A stretch of 64,000 nucleotides of DNA from Candidatus Aminicenantes bacterium (lineage in GTDB: Bacteria > Acidobacteriota > Aminicenantia > Aminicenantales > JAFGBC01). Made by a program: the position numbers and the translations under genes. This document shows positions 48,750 through 57,885 of the stretch, one piece after another. Every line of letters starts with the position of its first letter. Positions within the stretch are counted from its first letter, which is position 1. Under the pieces are notes generated by a model. That model did not search any database. It saw nothing but the letters and a program-made list of their open reading frames with translations, and was not told the origin of the DNA. The stretch spans positions 4,096,001 through 4,160,000 of the forward strand of contig OY969696.1 of NCBI GenBank assembly GCA_963702005.1, in the 5' to 3' direction.

Positions 48750-50353
48750 CCGTAGATTGCCGATAGGCGGCCCCTGTTCAGGCATAAAGTCTCCTGGTAT
48801 AAGGAGTTTGAGAGAACTCATGCCCTCACCCGGTGGGTGAAGGACCTTAACCAGGAGGGTATTTTTATGATAACGCAAGGGATCTTGCCGTTCAAGCTCG
48901 AACGGACCGACGAACTCATCACGCCGAGAAGCGGGCTGGCGCTGTTCGCCGAAGTCGTCCGGACGCTCAAGGTTCGGGACAAGGTAAGATCGTACTTTCC
49001 CCGGCCGGGCTCGAACCGGGGCTACGAGGCTTGGGCCTATATTGAGCCGCTGCTTCTGATGCTGGAGGGCGGCGGGCGGCATGTCGAGGACCTGCGGGAG
49101 ATCCGGGACGACGCGGCGTTGAGACGGATCATCGGGCTGCGGCGGATGCCGTCGCTGTCGACGTTCGGGGACTGGCTGGTCAGGATGGGATGGAGAGGGG
49201 TTCGGGCAGTCGTCCGGGTTGGGGAGGAGACGGCGGAGGCGATCGGGAAGCGGATCGCGACGCCGGATGACACGCTGGATATTGACGGGACGGTGATCGA
49301 GTCGGAAAAACGGGCGGCGCAGTGGACCTATAAGAAGGTCAGGGGGTACCAACCGATCCTGGGCTTCCTGGCGGAGACGGGGGTCTGTGTGAGCCACGAG
49401 TTTCGGGAAGGGCATATCCCCGGCCACAGCGGCGCGTTGAAGTTCCTGAAGAGGTGTCTGCGGCTGTGTCCCGGGATTAAACGGCTGCGGTCCGACAGCG
49501 CCTTCTACCAGGCCGATGTCATCAACTGGTGCCAGACGCAGGGGATCGGGTTTACGATCACGGCCGACCAAAATGTTGGAGTGAAAGAGGTTATCCCGAC
49601 GGTGCGGGACTGGAGGCCGCTCCGGGACGAGGCGGGGAAGGAGATCGATCGGGAGGTCGGCACCGCGATCTATCTGCTGGCCAAAGGCCGGGAGGCGTTG
49701 CGGTTGGTCCTCCAACGCTGGCACGATCCGCAGTTGTCGCTGTTCGCGCCCTAAGGCTATTGTTATCACATCCTCGCCACCAACCGGGATGAGCTGACGG
49801 CCGAGCAAGTCGTTTACTTTCATAACCGCCGGGGTCAGGCCGAGAACCTGATCAAAGAGGTCAAGATCGGGTTCGGGATGGAGCAGATGACGAGCGGCGA
49901 CTTCGCCGCCAACGCTCTCTGGTTCGCCCTCGGCCTTTTGGCTTATAACTTGACCCAGGCCCAGAAGCTCCTCTTCCTGGACCCGGACTGGACGACGAAG
50001 ACGATCGCGACGATCCGCTGGCAGCTGATCGACGTCGCTGGGCGTCTCATCTGTCACGGCCGGAGGCTGGTCCTCCGTCTGGCCGTCTCCCGAGAGAAGT
50101 TCGTCGTCCTCCTCCGGATGCGGCAGCTCATCGCCGCCTTTACGTAACAGCCTGTTCGGCGAAGCCCCCGCCTTTCATCCCCTGTACCCCTCGGATCAGG
50201 CAAGGTCTGTTTAAAAACGCCTCTTATGGCCAACTCTGAGTCCGATGCCCGTCGTCCGGCTCGCCGCTGCGCTTGCCGTTGACCCCTGCCGTCCGCAAAG
50301 CCCCCCAGGATTCAAAAATACCAAGTCAAAAAATCTCTAACGGCAATTTCGGG
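48750..50353 (+). mobile_element. IS1380-family insertion sequence
   Basis: Imperfect TIRs CCGTAGATTGCCGATAG / CTAACGGCAATTTCGGG; GC-rich block within AT-rich DNA. Confidence 0.8.
48867..50147 (+). pseudogene. IS1380 transposase with in-frame TAA (49752-49754)
   Basis: LDIDGT, YKKVRGYQP, RSDSAFY, then after the stop RGQAENLIKEVK..FG, FAANALW in the same frame. Confidence 0.85.
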
Positions 50354-51300
50354 TCTAATGTGTTCCCATGAAGACAGCGGCATGACCGGCAGGCTAGACC
50401 CAACGGTCCTGCGCCCTAGCAAAATAAAAGTTCTTCTTATCAGAGGGATTGCGGCTTTTATTCTTGTTGCTGTAAGGCAGATAGCAGTTAATTCTTTTTT
50501 GAACTTCAGGTTCCAGCTCCCATAATTGCCCGCATCCCAACTCCAGATTAGGCCCCTCCGGCAACCCTTCCAAGTTCTTATCGGTCTATCTGATCTGTGG
50601 TAGAAAATAAACGGCGCCTGCCTCATCCTTTCCCGCATCATTCGCCAAGATTACTTCGTTCCGCTTCGCAGTTGCCTTTGGAATAATATACGACAGCTCG
50701 ATCTTCCACTTGGCGTTCTTAATAAACCGACTCCCGGGATCTGCGGCGACGTCTTTCTTCAATCCCTTTTCTATGATTTCTTTCTCCTCAAGCCCCTTGA
50801 CACTTATAGGCCGCAGATACCTTTCGACCACCTTCAGCATCATTTTCTATTTCTGAGCCGAAAAAGGACATCGAATTCGTCCCTCGTCAACATTCTTTTG
50901 CCGGAGGGATTAGCTCCGACTTCGCTCGCGTCGGTAGAGACATGGGTTAAAATCCAGCCACCCCTCTTTTTTCGTCAGAAGGACTATATAATGAAACATC
51001 ATCTTGATCAGTTCCTGATGAGTTTTTCGAAAATCGCCGATCGTCTAAAAATCCAGCATAAGCTTCTCGGTCAAGTCCGTATGGATCCCATTCTCCTGAG
51101 CTTGCCGGGTTAAACGTTACGAAGCTCGCTCTCCAGAATCCACATTTCCAAAAAAGCTCAATCTGAATCCGAGAATAATATGCCAGAGGCTTTCAGCCTA
51201 CCTCCTAGAAATCAATTTTCCTTTAATTCTGGGCGTCGGATAATAATATGTAAATACCTTCATATATAGAAGAAATAGTAATCTTTCTCTTACAGCTTTT

Positions 51301-51501
51301 TCACCAGGTCATAGCGCTTCCAGGCCAGCAATGATCTTCCAAACCAGGTTCGCAATGATAGTACAAATCAAACCAATAAATAAAGTCGAGTTTTGGCGGG
51401 ACCGCTTCAGCTTTTTTCGCAGATAAAATAAAAACGCTAATAAAACAGGATAACGATACGAGCGCAAAAACGATCGCCGCAACTAACTTTTTATTTTTCA
51501 T
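51301..51501 (-). CDS. Secreted small peptide precursor B (signal + 33-aa HC-x6-HC peptide)
   Basis: GGGAGA RBS; signal peptide ending KAEA; paralogue of 48389-48589. Confidence 0.8.
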   Translation of the reverse strand: MKNKKLVAAIVFALVSLSCFISVFILSAKKAEAVPPKLDFIYWFDLYYHCEPGLEDHCWPGSAMTW

Positions 51502-51522
51502 TTTCTTCTCCCCTTCTTTGTT

Positions 51523-51609
51523 AGAATATTAATATTATTCTAGTAAATCAAGATCTTTCTCTTCTCTTAATTTTTTTTCGCTTTTCCCTCTTTTTGTTAT
51601 CTTTATACA
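51523..51609 (-). promoter_or_regulatory. Promoter/operator region of peptide B
   Basis: TTGATT-17-TATTCT, AGAATA-N7-TATTCT and TGTATAAAGATA at the same spacing as for peptide A. Confidence 0.65.
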
Positions 51610-51690
51610 TAATTATAAATCATGGTCATTGAATTCATATTTGCCATCTCTTGACTATTAAAATAATCCAAGTTTTGTATCAAAGATTGT

Positions 51691-52422
51691 CTATTTGATT
51701 CCTGATCGGGGTATTAATTTTTCTCTTATTAGAGTTGGGGGAACTCCAAATGTTTCTTTAAAGCGCTTACAAAAAGAAGCATGGCGATAGCCAATATTAA
51801 AACTAATTTCCTTGATCAATCGATTTGTATTGATTATATCCCACAATGCAATACATAATTTATTCTTAGTAATATACTTCTCAAGAGTAAGATCTGTAAT
51901 TTCTCGGAATCTTCGAGAGAGCCAACATCTAGAAATGTCATGAATCTGTGATAGCTTTGTAAGATTAAAGGTTTCATATGGATTCTCCGCAATTTCTTGT
52001 TGTAGAGTTGCGACCTTAAAGAAGACGGTGGATGGGTGAATCATTAATCCAAGGTTTTTTATATAGTATTTTGAAGTTGTTAATTTATTAATTATATCTA
52101 ATTGATTTTGAGAAAAACAATTTACCCATTGAAAAGAAATCCCAAAAATTGGAGAAGAAAATGGTCTTTTTTTTAAACACAGTTCCCTAATCATAATAAA
52201 AGGAATATTTCGATTAGCTACCGCAAATAAATATTTATCAAGACAATGAGCAAGGCTGCATTGAAAATTGCAGTAAAGAAATATAATTTCTGTTTGATTT
52301 TTATTAATCATTTTATTATGTAAATTGACTTCTTCAAAATGATAGGTGCTCTTCCTCAATTGTTTTTTTATATTATCAGATATTTCATCGCTCATTGCGT
52401 CTAAAAGGATTTTTTTTCTCAT
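51691..52422 (-). CDS. AraC-family transcriptional regulator
   Basis: C-terminal LSRRFREIT....YI....IKEISFNIGY....F.KRFKETFGVPP..IR. Confidence 0.85.
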   Translation of the reverse strand: MRKKILLDAMSDEISDNIKKQLRKSTYHFEEVNLHNKMINKNQTEIIFLYCNFQCSLAHCLDKYLFAVANRNIPFIMIRELCLKKRPFSSPIFGISFQWVNCFSQNQLDIINKLTTSKYYIKNLGLMIHPSTVFFKVATLQQEIAENPYETFNLTKLSQIHDISRCWLSRRFREITDLTLEKYITKNKLCIALWDIINTNRLIKEISFNIGYRHASFCKRFKETFGVPPTLIREKLIPRSGIK

Positions 52423-52958
52423 TACTAAATATCAGTTAAATTCTAGTTTCTCAAGAATCCATTTTTTAAATTAATTAGTATAAATACATTAAATATTGAC
52501 GCTTATGAGCTTGAATCGTTGGATCCAAACAGTAAATTCAGAGGGATTGAAAGCTCTGAAGAGAAAAACGATTTCGGGCCGGCCGTCACGCTTGCCGCCC
52601 AAAATTGCCCAGGAGGTGGAGCGCCATTTTGAACAGTCGCCTTAAAATTTTGGCTTGAACCGGGCTCGATTGAGCGGTCCCATGCTGACAGGGTATCTAA
52701 GGAGGCGCTACGGGCCGAAGATGCAAGTACGACAAGCTCAGAAATGAATGCATCATTTAGAATATCGGCTAAAATGAACCAGTTATTTCTATCTTCAAGC
52801 CTGGGAAAGAGAGGCGAAACAATCTCGCCAAGAGTGTAAAAAAACTTCAAATTCTTAGGCTTCGGGAAACGATGCCTTTTCGGGATGAAACAGGGTTTAG
52901 CCTGCGTTCGCGACCGGGGCGGCAGTGGGTCAAGAGAGGACACTTTTTTCAATTCGCC

Positions 52959-54005
52959 CTACCACACCCTGTCAGGCCTCTTAGCTTCTACCCTGTCCTG
53001 GACGTCCTTGGGCAGGGAGGACAGGAAATCCAGACCGGTCATCTGTTCAATCTCGTCTATCGATACGAGGTATTCGCTGTAAGCGTGGCCTCTCAGGTCC
53101 TTGTTGGGCAGGAGGAAGGCCAGGGCTTCAATGTCATTCGGGTTCTTGGCGTCGACGACGATCTTGAAGAAGTGGGTGGGCACTGCGACGCTATCTTTTC
53201 CGATGACGGGATAGGAAACCTTTTTATCGGCGACGGCGAATACCGGACCCGTAATTACCGTCAGGGTCCCCTTCTGCTCCACCCATCCCCTCACGGCCTC
53301 TTCCAGGTCCTTCCAGATGCCCTGATTGAACCCGACGCCCACCTGCGGGGCTATGTTTGAAAGCAGGAAACTCTCGGCCATTACTTTTTCGTTTCTGCTC
53401 ATGTCGGCGGCCGGCGCCTGGTGTCCCCTGTCGTAACCGCTGCCTGTGTAGTCGCTCAGTTCGGCGCGGGAGCCATAAGGGATTGAGGTGTCCGGCGCGA
53501 AGGCGTTCGTCCGCTCGACTCCGCCGCTCAGGTCTCCGGGGCTTATTTCATACTGGACCCATACCGGAATCTTCAGCCTGGCGCCCTGGGCAAGCGCGTA
53601 GCCTTCCTGGAAACGTTCATACAAGGCTTCAGGCTTGCCGACTTTCAAATGGCGATTTGGCTGTGCCGTTTCTGCGCCAATCTTTTCTTCCGCTGCCGCC
53701 GGCGCTTCAACGGTTGCGCCTTCCGCCGTTCCCGCGTAGCCTCTCACATAGGTTCTATAAATCCAGCCTGACTGCCCCGTGACCGGATTGACGACTTTGT
53801 AATACCCTGCTTTCCTGTTGGACGTATCGTCGGATTTGAACTGAAGCTGGACATCTTTCTCAACAGTGCAGACTACCCTGGAATCCTTTGATGGGCTTTC
53901 GTAAACATTGGCTTTCCTCGTGACCTTCAAGTAGTCGGCGAAAGAGAAGCCTGAGATAAGGGCGATGAGCAGGGCAAGTCTCGTGGCAAACTTAGTGATT
54001 CTCAT
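52959..54005 (-). CDS. Secreted DNA/RNA non-specific endonuclease (NucA/EndG-like) with N-terminal SH3-like domain
   Basis: SGYDRGHQAPAAD, ESFLLSNIAPQ, FNQGIW..LE, VITGP, VPTHFFK; N-terminal ANVYESPS...GWIYRTYV. Confidence 0.9.
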   Translation of the reverse strand: MRITKFATRLALLIALISGFSFADYLKVTRKANVYESPSKDSRVVCTVEKDVQLQFKSDDTSNRKAGYYKVVNPVTGQSGWIYRTYVRGYAGTAEGATVEAPAAAEEKIGAETAQPNRHLKVGKPEALYERFQEGYALAQGARLKIPVWVQYEISPGDLSGGVERTNAFAPDTSIPYGSRAELSDYTGSGYDRGHQAPAADMSRNEKVMAESFLLSNIAPQVGVGFNQGIWKDLEEAVRGWVEQKGTLTVITGPVFAVADKKVSYPVIGKDSVAVPTHFFKIVVDAKNPNDIEALAFLLPNKDLRGHAYSEYLVSIDEIEQMTGLDFLSSLPKDVQDRVEAKRPDRVW

Positions 54006-54402
54006 TGGAGTCTCTGCCGGTATGTTTTGCCAATTTCACAGATAGCTTCGCCTGCCTTTCCTTTTCTGCGCTGCTCATGAAGCCCAAGATGTCCCTGAAC
54101 AACTTCACCGAAGCCTTGCTTCCTCCCGAAATTATGGCTCCAGTGATTACGTAGCCAAGAAAGTTGGTCTTGTCGGCAACGATGATGATGCTAAGGGCAT
54201 CAAACTTCCACAAGAAACAAACCAAAGCGCAAACAAACAGGAAGACGAATTCCTTGGTGCCCTTTCCATCGCAGTGCTTGATGAAAATCCTGTTTTCAAA
54301 GATGATGGAGAGACCCCTTTCAATCAAGAAAGCGAGGATAACGATCGTAGCCAAAACCTTAAACGAACGATCCCAATCGAAATGAAAAAAAATAGGTTCC
54401 AT
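53992..54402 (-). CDS. Small membrane protein, translationally coupled to the nuclease
   Basis: Three hydrophobic segments; LIER, ITGAIISGGSK; AAGGGGG RBS. Confidence 0.65.
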   Translation of the reverse strand: MEPIFFHFDWDRSFKVLATIVILAFLIERGLSIIFENRIFIKHCDGKGTKEFVFLFVCALVCFLWKFDALSIIIVADKTNFLGYVITGAIISGGSKASVKLFRDILGFMSSAEKERQAKLSVKLAKHTGRDSNENH

Positions 54403-54941
54403 GTCTTTCCCCCTTAAAGAAACTAAACGTTTTTATCGCCCGATTAAGGCGACCAGACTCCCCTCAAGCATTAGCCTGTAACCGGAAGGATTAAAACTCC
54501 ATGCTCTTATTGCCAATAGGCGTCCGAATCCCATTGCCTTAGAAACCCCCTCCAAATTTCTTTGTCCTCCCAAAAGCCTATACTACTTTAATAATTTAGT
54601 CGGCGTTTTGTCAACGAGATTGAAAATTGGATTGGGAATCGATTCTCCAGGATTCGGATTTGAACTGGCTTTTAATGCGCGAAAAGTAAATAGTGCTTTT
54701 TGCCTTGGGCCCTTAGCAAGCTTTGTAATCTGTATTGTGCAGGAATTATTAATAGTATTAGGGTTTTGCTTGCATTTTTGTCAATTTTTTGTTAAATAAA
54801 TATTTTAGAATCCGTTCCTGGAAAGGGGGACTATATCAAACACACTATGCTTTATATCGGGGGTTGGGCGGCCAGACACTTAGTAGACGCGCCGCCGGAA
54901 GCCCTTGCTGGATAGAGGATTCTGGTCATGACGAGTTTCTA

Positions 54942-56117
54942 ATGAGTGTCACCGACCTGCTCATTTCGATCTGCAAGTTTGCCTCGATTGCGTTTACGGG
55001 GTTCTTTGGGGTTCTTGCCCTTACGCGTCCGTACCGTGACAAAGACGGCCAACTAACCCGCTTAGGACGCACTGCCCTCGGAGGGATTGTCATAAGTTTC
55101 GCAATCGCTGTGCTTTCACAGTCGCTTGAGCTTCAACGTTCACATCAACAAGCTCTTGCTGCACAAGAGAAAACGCAGAACGAACTTGCGCGCTTCGAGC
55201 GTTTGCTTCATGAAGTGCAGCGGACGTCACCGCTTACCGCAGTGCGGATCAAGTTGTTTGTCGACAACGTGCCCGACGATATTTGTTCAAAAATCATCGA
55301 GGCAAAGCACGCTGCTGATTCGATTACATCTGAGCCAGGGTTTCAAGACTTGGAAGAACATCATAATGTCGGCGCTGACGATGAAAAGTCATTGGAACAG
55401 TCTGAACTGGATAAAAAGGCGATCCGGCCATTCATCGTGTGGCTGGCAACCGGTCGCTTTCTAGTAGAACAGGAAAAAGAGGGACTCATTGCTTTAAGCC
55501 TGGACAACCACTTCTCCGCGCTTGTCTGTATCGGATGGGTAAAAGAGCCTAGCGTTTTCGCTAGCCAAGAAAAGATTAGCACGTTGCCATCGGGCACCCT
55601 GATCGGAGACGAGATTGATTGGTGGCCTTCTTGGGGGGTTCCACAGCGCCTATACGAACGAAAGAATGCCCTCAGACCGGACGTTAAGATCGACGTGGAC
55701 GGACAATCCGTCATCCTTTCCATCAACATCAACTATACCGCGCTTGACGCTAGTCTGCTGCGTTATGCGCGGAACAGCGTTTTAACCGCAGCTTTTCCTG
55801 ATGATATAGAGCTCTTCAGCTGGAGTCCTACAAAAACGGGGGAGGCTTCAGACTCCGGTGAGCTGCTACTGCTACCCTTTGATACTGTTAAGGTGGACGA
55901 CAGCGTCGTTCAGATGGCTCAACGTCAAGATTTGGAGCTGGTCAAGCGAGCTCCATCCTGGTTTCGCAAACTGCGCCTAGAAATTATACCAAATGGCATT
56001 GAACAGCTCTCAAAATCATACGATCTATCCCTGACTTCCGACGAAGAGATCTTTGTGGGAGATCGCGGCGATGAGCCACGCGGATACGTTAGACTCTGGA
56101 ACGGCCATTCCCGATAA
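54942..56117 (+). CDS. Hypothetical protein with two N-terminal TM helices and a coiled coil
   Basis: Long open frame of intermediate GC; start chosen at MSVTDLL. Confidence 0.6.
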   Translation: MSVTDLLISICKFASIAFTGFFGVLALTRPYRDKDGQLTRLGRTALGGIVISFAIAVLSQSLELQRSHQQALAAQEKTQNELARFERLLHEVQRTSPLTAVRIKLFVDNVPDDICSKIIEAKHAADSITSEPGFQDLEEHHNVGADDEKSLEQSELDKKAIRPFIVWLATGRFLVEQEKEGLIALSLDNHFSALVCIGWVKEPSVFASQEKISTLPSGTLIGDEIDWWPSWGVPQRLYERKNALRPDVKIDVDGQSVILSININYTALDASLLRYARNSVLTAAFPDDIELFSWSPTKTGEASDSGELLLLPFDTVKVDDSVVQMAQRQDLELVKRAPSWFRKLRLEIIPNGIEQLSKSYDLSLTSDEEIFVGDRGDEPRGYVRLWNGHSR

Positions 56118-56272
56118 AAGAATCTTGGGTTATCGAATTGGAGTTGCCGCTGGCGCTCAAACATCGTGTTGCACCTGACGAAGTGGCCGGCGTTCCTCCG
56201 CTCGTTGGCGTTAATGGCCGTAGTAAATTCCCCTCTTCGATGCTAGTTCTGTTCGGTCGCGGGCGCTCAAGG

Positions 56273-57151
56273 GATAAGAGTTTCCTTTTCGGCTGCGCTG
56301 GCCGAGGGGACATCTTTGGAGCATCTGTGTTCCCATGGACCCATCTAACCATAATGAGGAAGCATAAATCGGACCTCAGGACCTGTCAAGGAAGGCTTGA
56401 GCGGGGGGGAAGGGCGACCCAGAAGCTGTGCGCGGCGCCCGATGCGGCGGAATTCCTCCGGACCTCCCCCCGCTCTGGAAAAAGGTTATGAAAAATATTC
56501 GACCGGGGGATCAGCGGCCAGGAGATATTCCTGGAAGGCGACCTGAGGCGGCGGTGGCCTGTCCGCCACAAAGGTTAACTTCAGGTGCGCGATGATCCGG
56601 TCTACGACGGCAGACTCCGTGAGGAAGGCGACAACCTTCATGGTCCCGCCGCATTTCGGACAGAGCATCGGGTCGATCTCATAGACCTTCCGGATCATCG
56701 CCGCCCAGCCCTTGGAGGGGATGCGCAGGAGGTCTTCCTCGACCAGGCGGAGGACCGGGGGATTCTGGGCCGCCTTCCGGACTTTCCCTCGGTGGGCATT
56801 GGCATAGAGGCCGTAGTAGCGGACCATGACTTGCCCTTTGTCGGGGATGTGCGAGGTCACCCGGGCGATGAACTCCAGATAGTCCATCGTCTCTTGCTCG
56901 GCCGCGTTTTGACCATATCGGCAACCGACCTTGCCCTCGGGCTCCAAAAACGAGAGCCTCTCCAACGACAGCACCGTCCGGATCATGTACTTTCCGACCC
57001 GCTCGGCTTCCGGCTTGGTCTTGGCCCTCACCCGGCTGTGGACTGAGAAGCCTGTCACCTCATCCACTCCGCCCTCGGTCACCAGAAAATGAAGGTGCGG
57101 GTGAAGATTAATCCTATCCCCGAACGTCTGGATGGCCGCAATGATGCCGGG
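56273..57151 (-). mobile_element. IS91/ISCR-like rolling-circle element remnant (truncated Y2 transposase plus oriIS-side end)
   Basis: QTFGD.IN.HPHLHFLVTEGG (HUH), GFSVH, KYMIR, VRYYGLYAN, CPKCGG; N-terminus missing; end AAAAGGAAACTCTTATC resembles oriIS. Confidence 0.75.
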
Positions 57152-57340
57152 CCAATGTCATGGATCGGGCCGCGTCTCCCTGGAAAGAGGCGTTGACCGC
57201 GACCCGGAAGGGCAAATCAGGTCGAGAAAACGTCAACGGCCGTTGCCGCTCGTCGGAGGCAATGGGAAACGCAAGGGTACGGATACAGAGGAAAAAGAGT
57301 ACCGGGAGGGACCGATGGAATGAGCTTGGAGAGGCCGTTC

Positions 57341-57885
57341 AGGAGGTCTTTGCGGTCAAATGACCGCGTCTTTTCATTTCCAGTCTCCATTGAGCAGGAA
57401 GCCCGCCCAGTAGTAGGGATGGGAAATGGCCCGGTCCGGATTGCGGATGAACTCGATCTGAGCCAATTGAAGAGCCCTGTCCTTGCTCAGTCCGGCCTTA
57501 AGGTAAGAATAAAACCGCGTCATCAGTTCCGAGGTGGCGACGTCCGCCACTTTCCATTGTGAGGCCAAGACCGTGCGAGCCCCGGCATACTGAAAGGCCC
57601 TTGTCAGGCCTATCAATCCTTCGCCGCCCATTTCTTTCCCCAGCCCTGTCTCGCAGGCGGAAAGCGTCACCAAGTCCGCATCGATCCGCGTCCTTTCGAA
57701 CACTTCCCAAGCTTGGAGGATTCCGTTGTCCCGACCTTCCATTACGGCGGGGGGAATTGACAGGGCCAGTCCGGAATTAAGGGGGAACAACTCATCCAAG
57801 AAGCCATGGCAGGCGAAGTGGATATAACGAACGTCCTTGCTGATAGCCTTGGCCTTTTCTTCCGTCGCTTCTTCGCCCAGATAGA
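57341..57885. repeat. 545-bp direct repeat, right copy (pairs with 44169-44713)
   Basis: Includes the last codons of the isomerase gene (EVFAVK-stop) and the CHAT 3' end. Confidence 0.92.

Larger units (their letters stand above)
44714..57340. mobile_element. Genomic island (~12.6 kb) between the 545-bp repeats; no integrase seen
   Basis: Flanking repeats, AT-rich blocks, IS1380 and IS91 relics, gene fragments. Confidence 0.7.

Noticed and set aside
49752-49754. Programmed readthrough in the IS1380 transposase
   Set aside because: The stop is TAA with no recoding signal; a nonsense mutation is simpler.
50354-51290. Short ORFs 50312-50641, 50586-50843 and 50898-51113
   Set aside because: No recognisable motifs; probably decayed sequence.
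54860-56350. Integron cassette (GTTGGGC before the ORF, ATCTAAC after it)
   Set aside because: No paired attC arms and no integrase; the TAAC lies inside the IS91-end module.
57160-57363. 67-aa ORF ending EVFAVK like the isomerase
   Set aside because: Only the last codons derive from the 545-bp repeat; the rest is a chance open frame.
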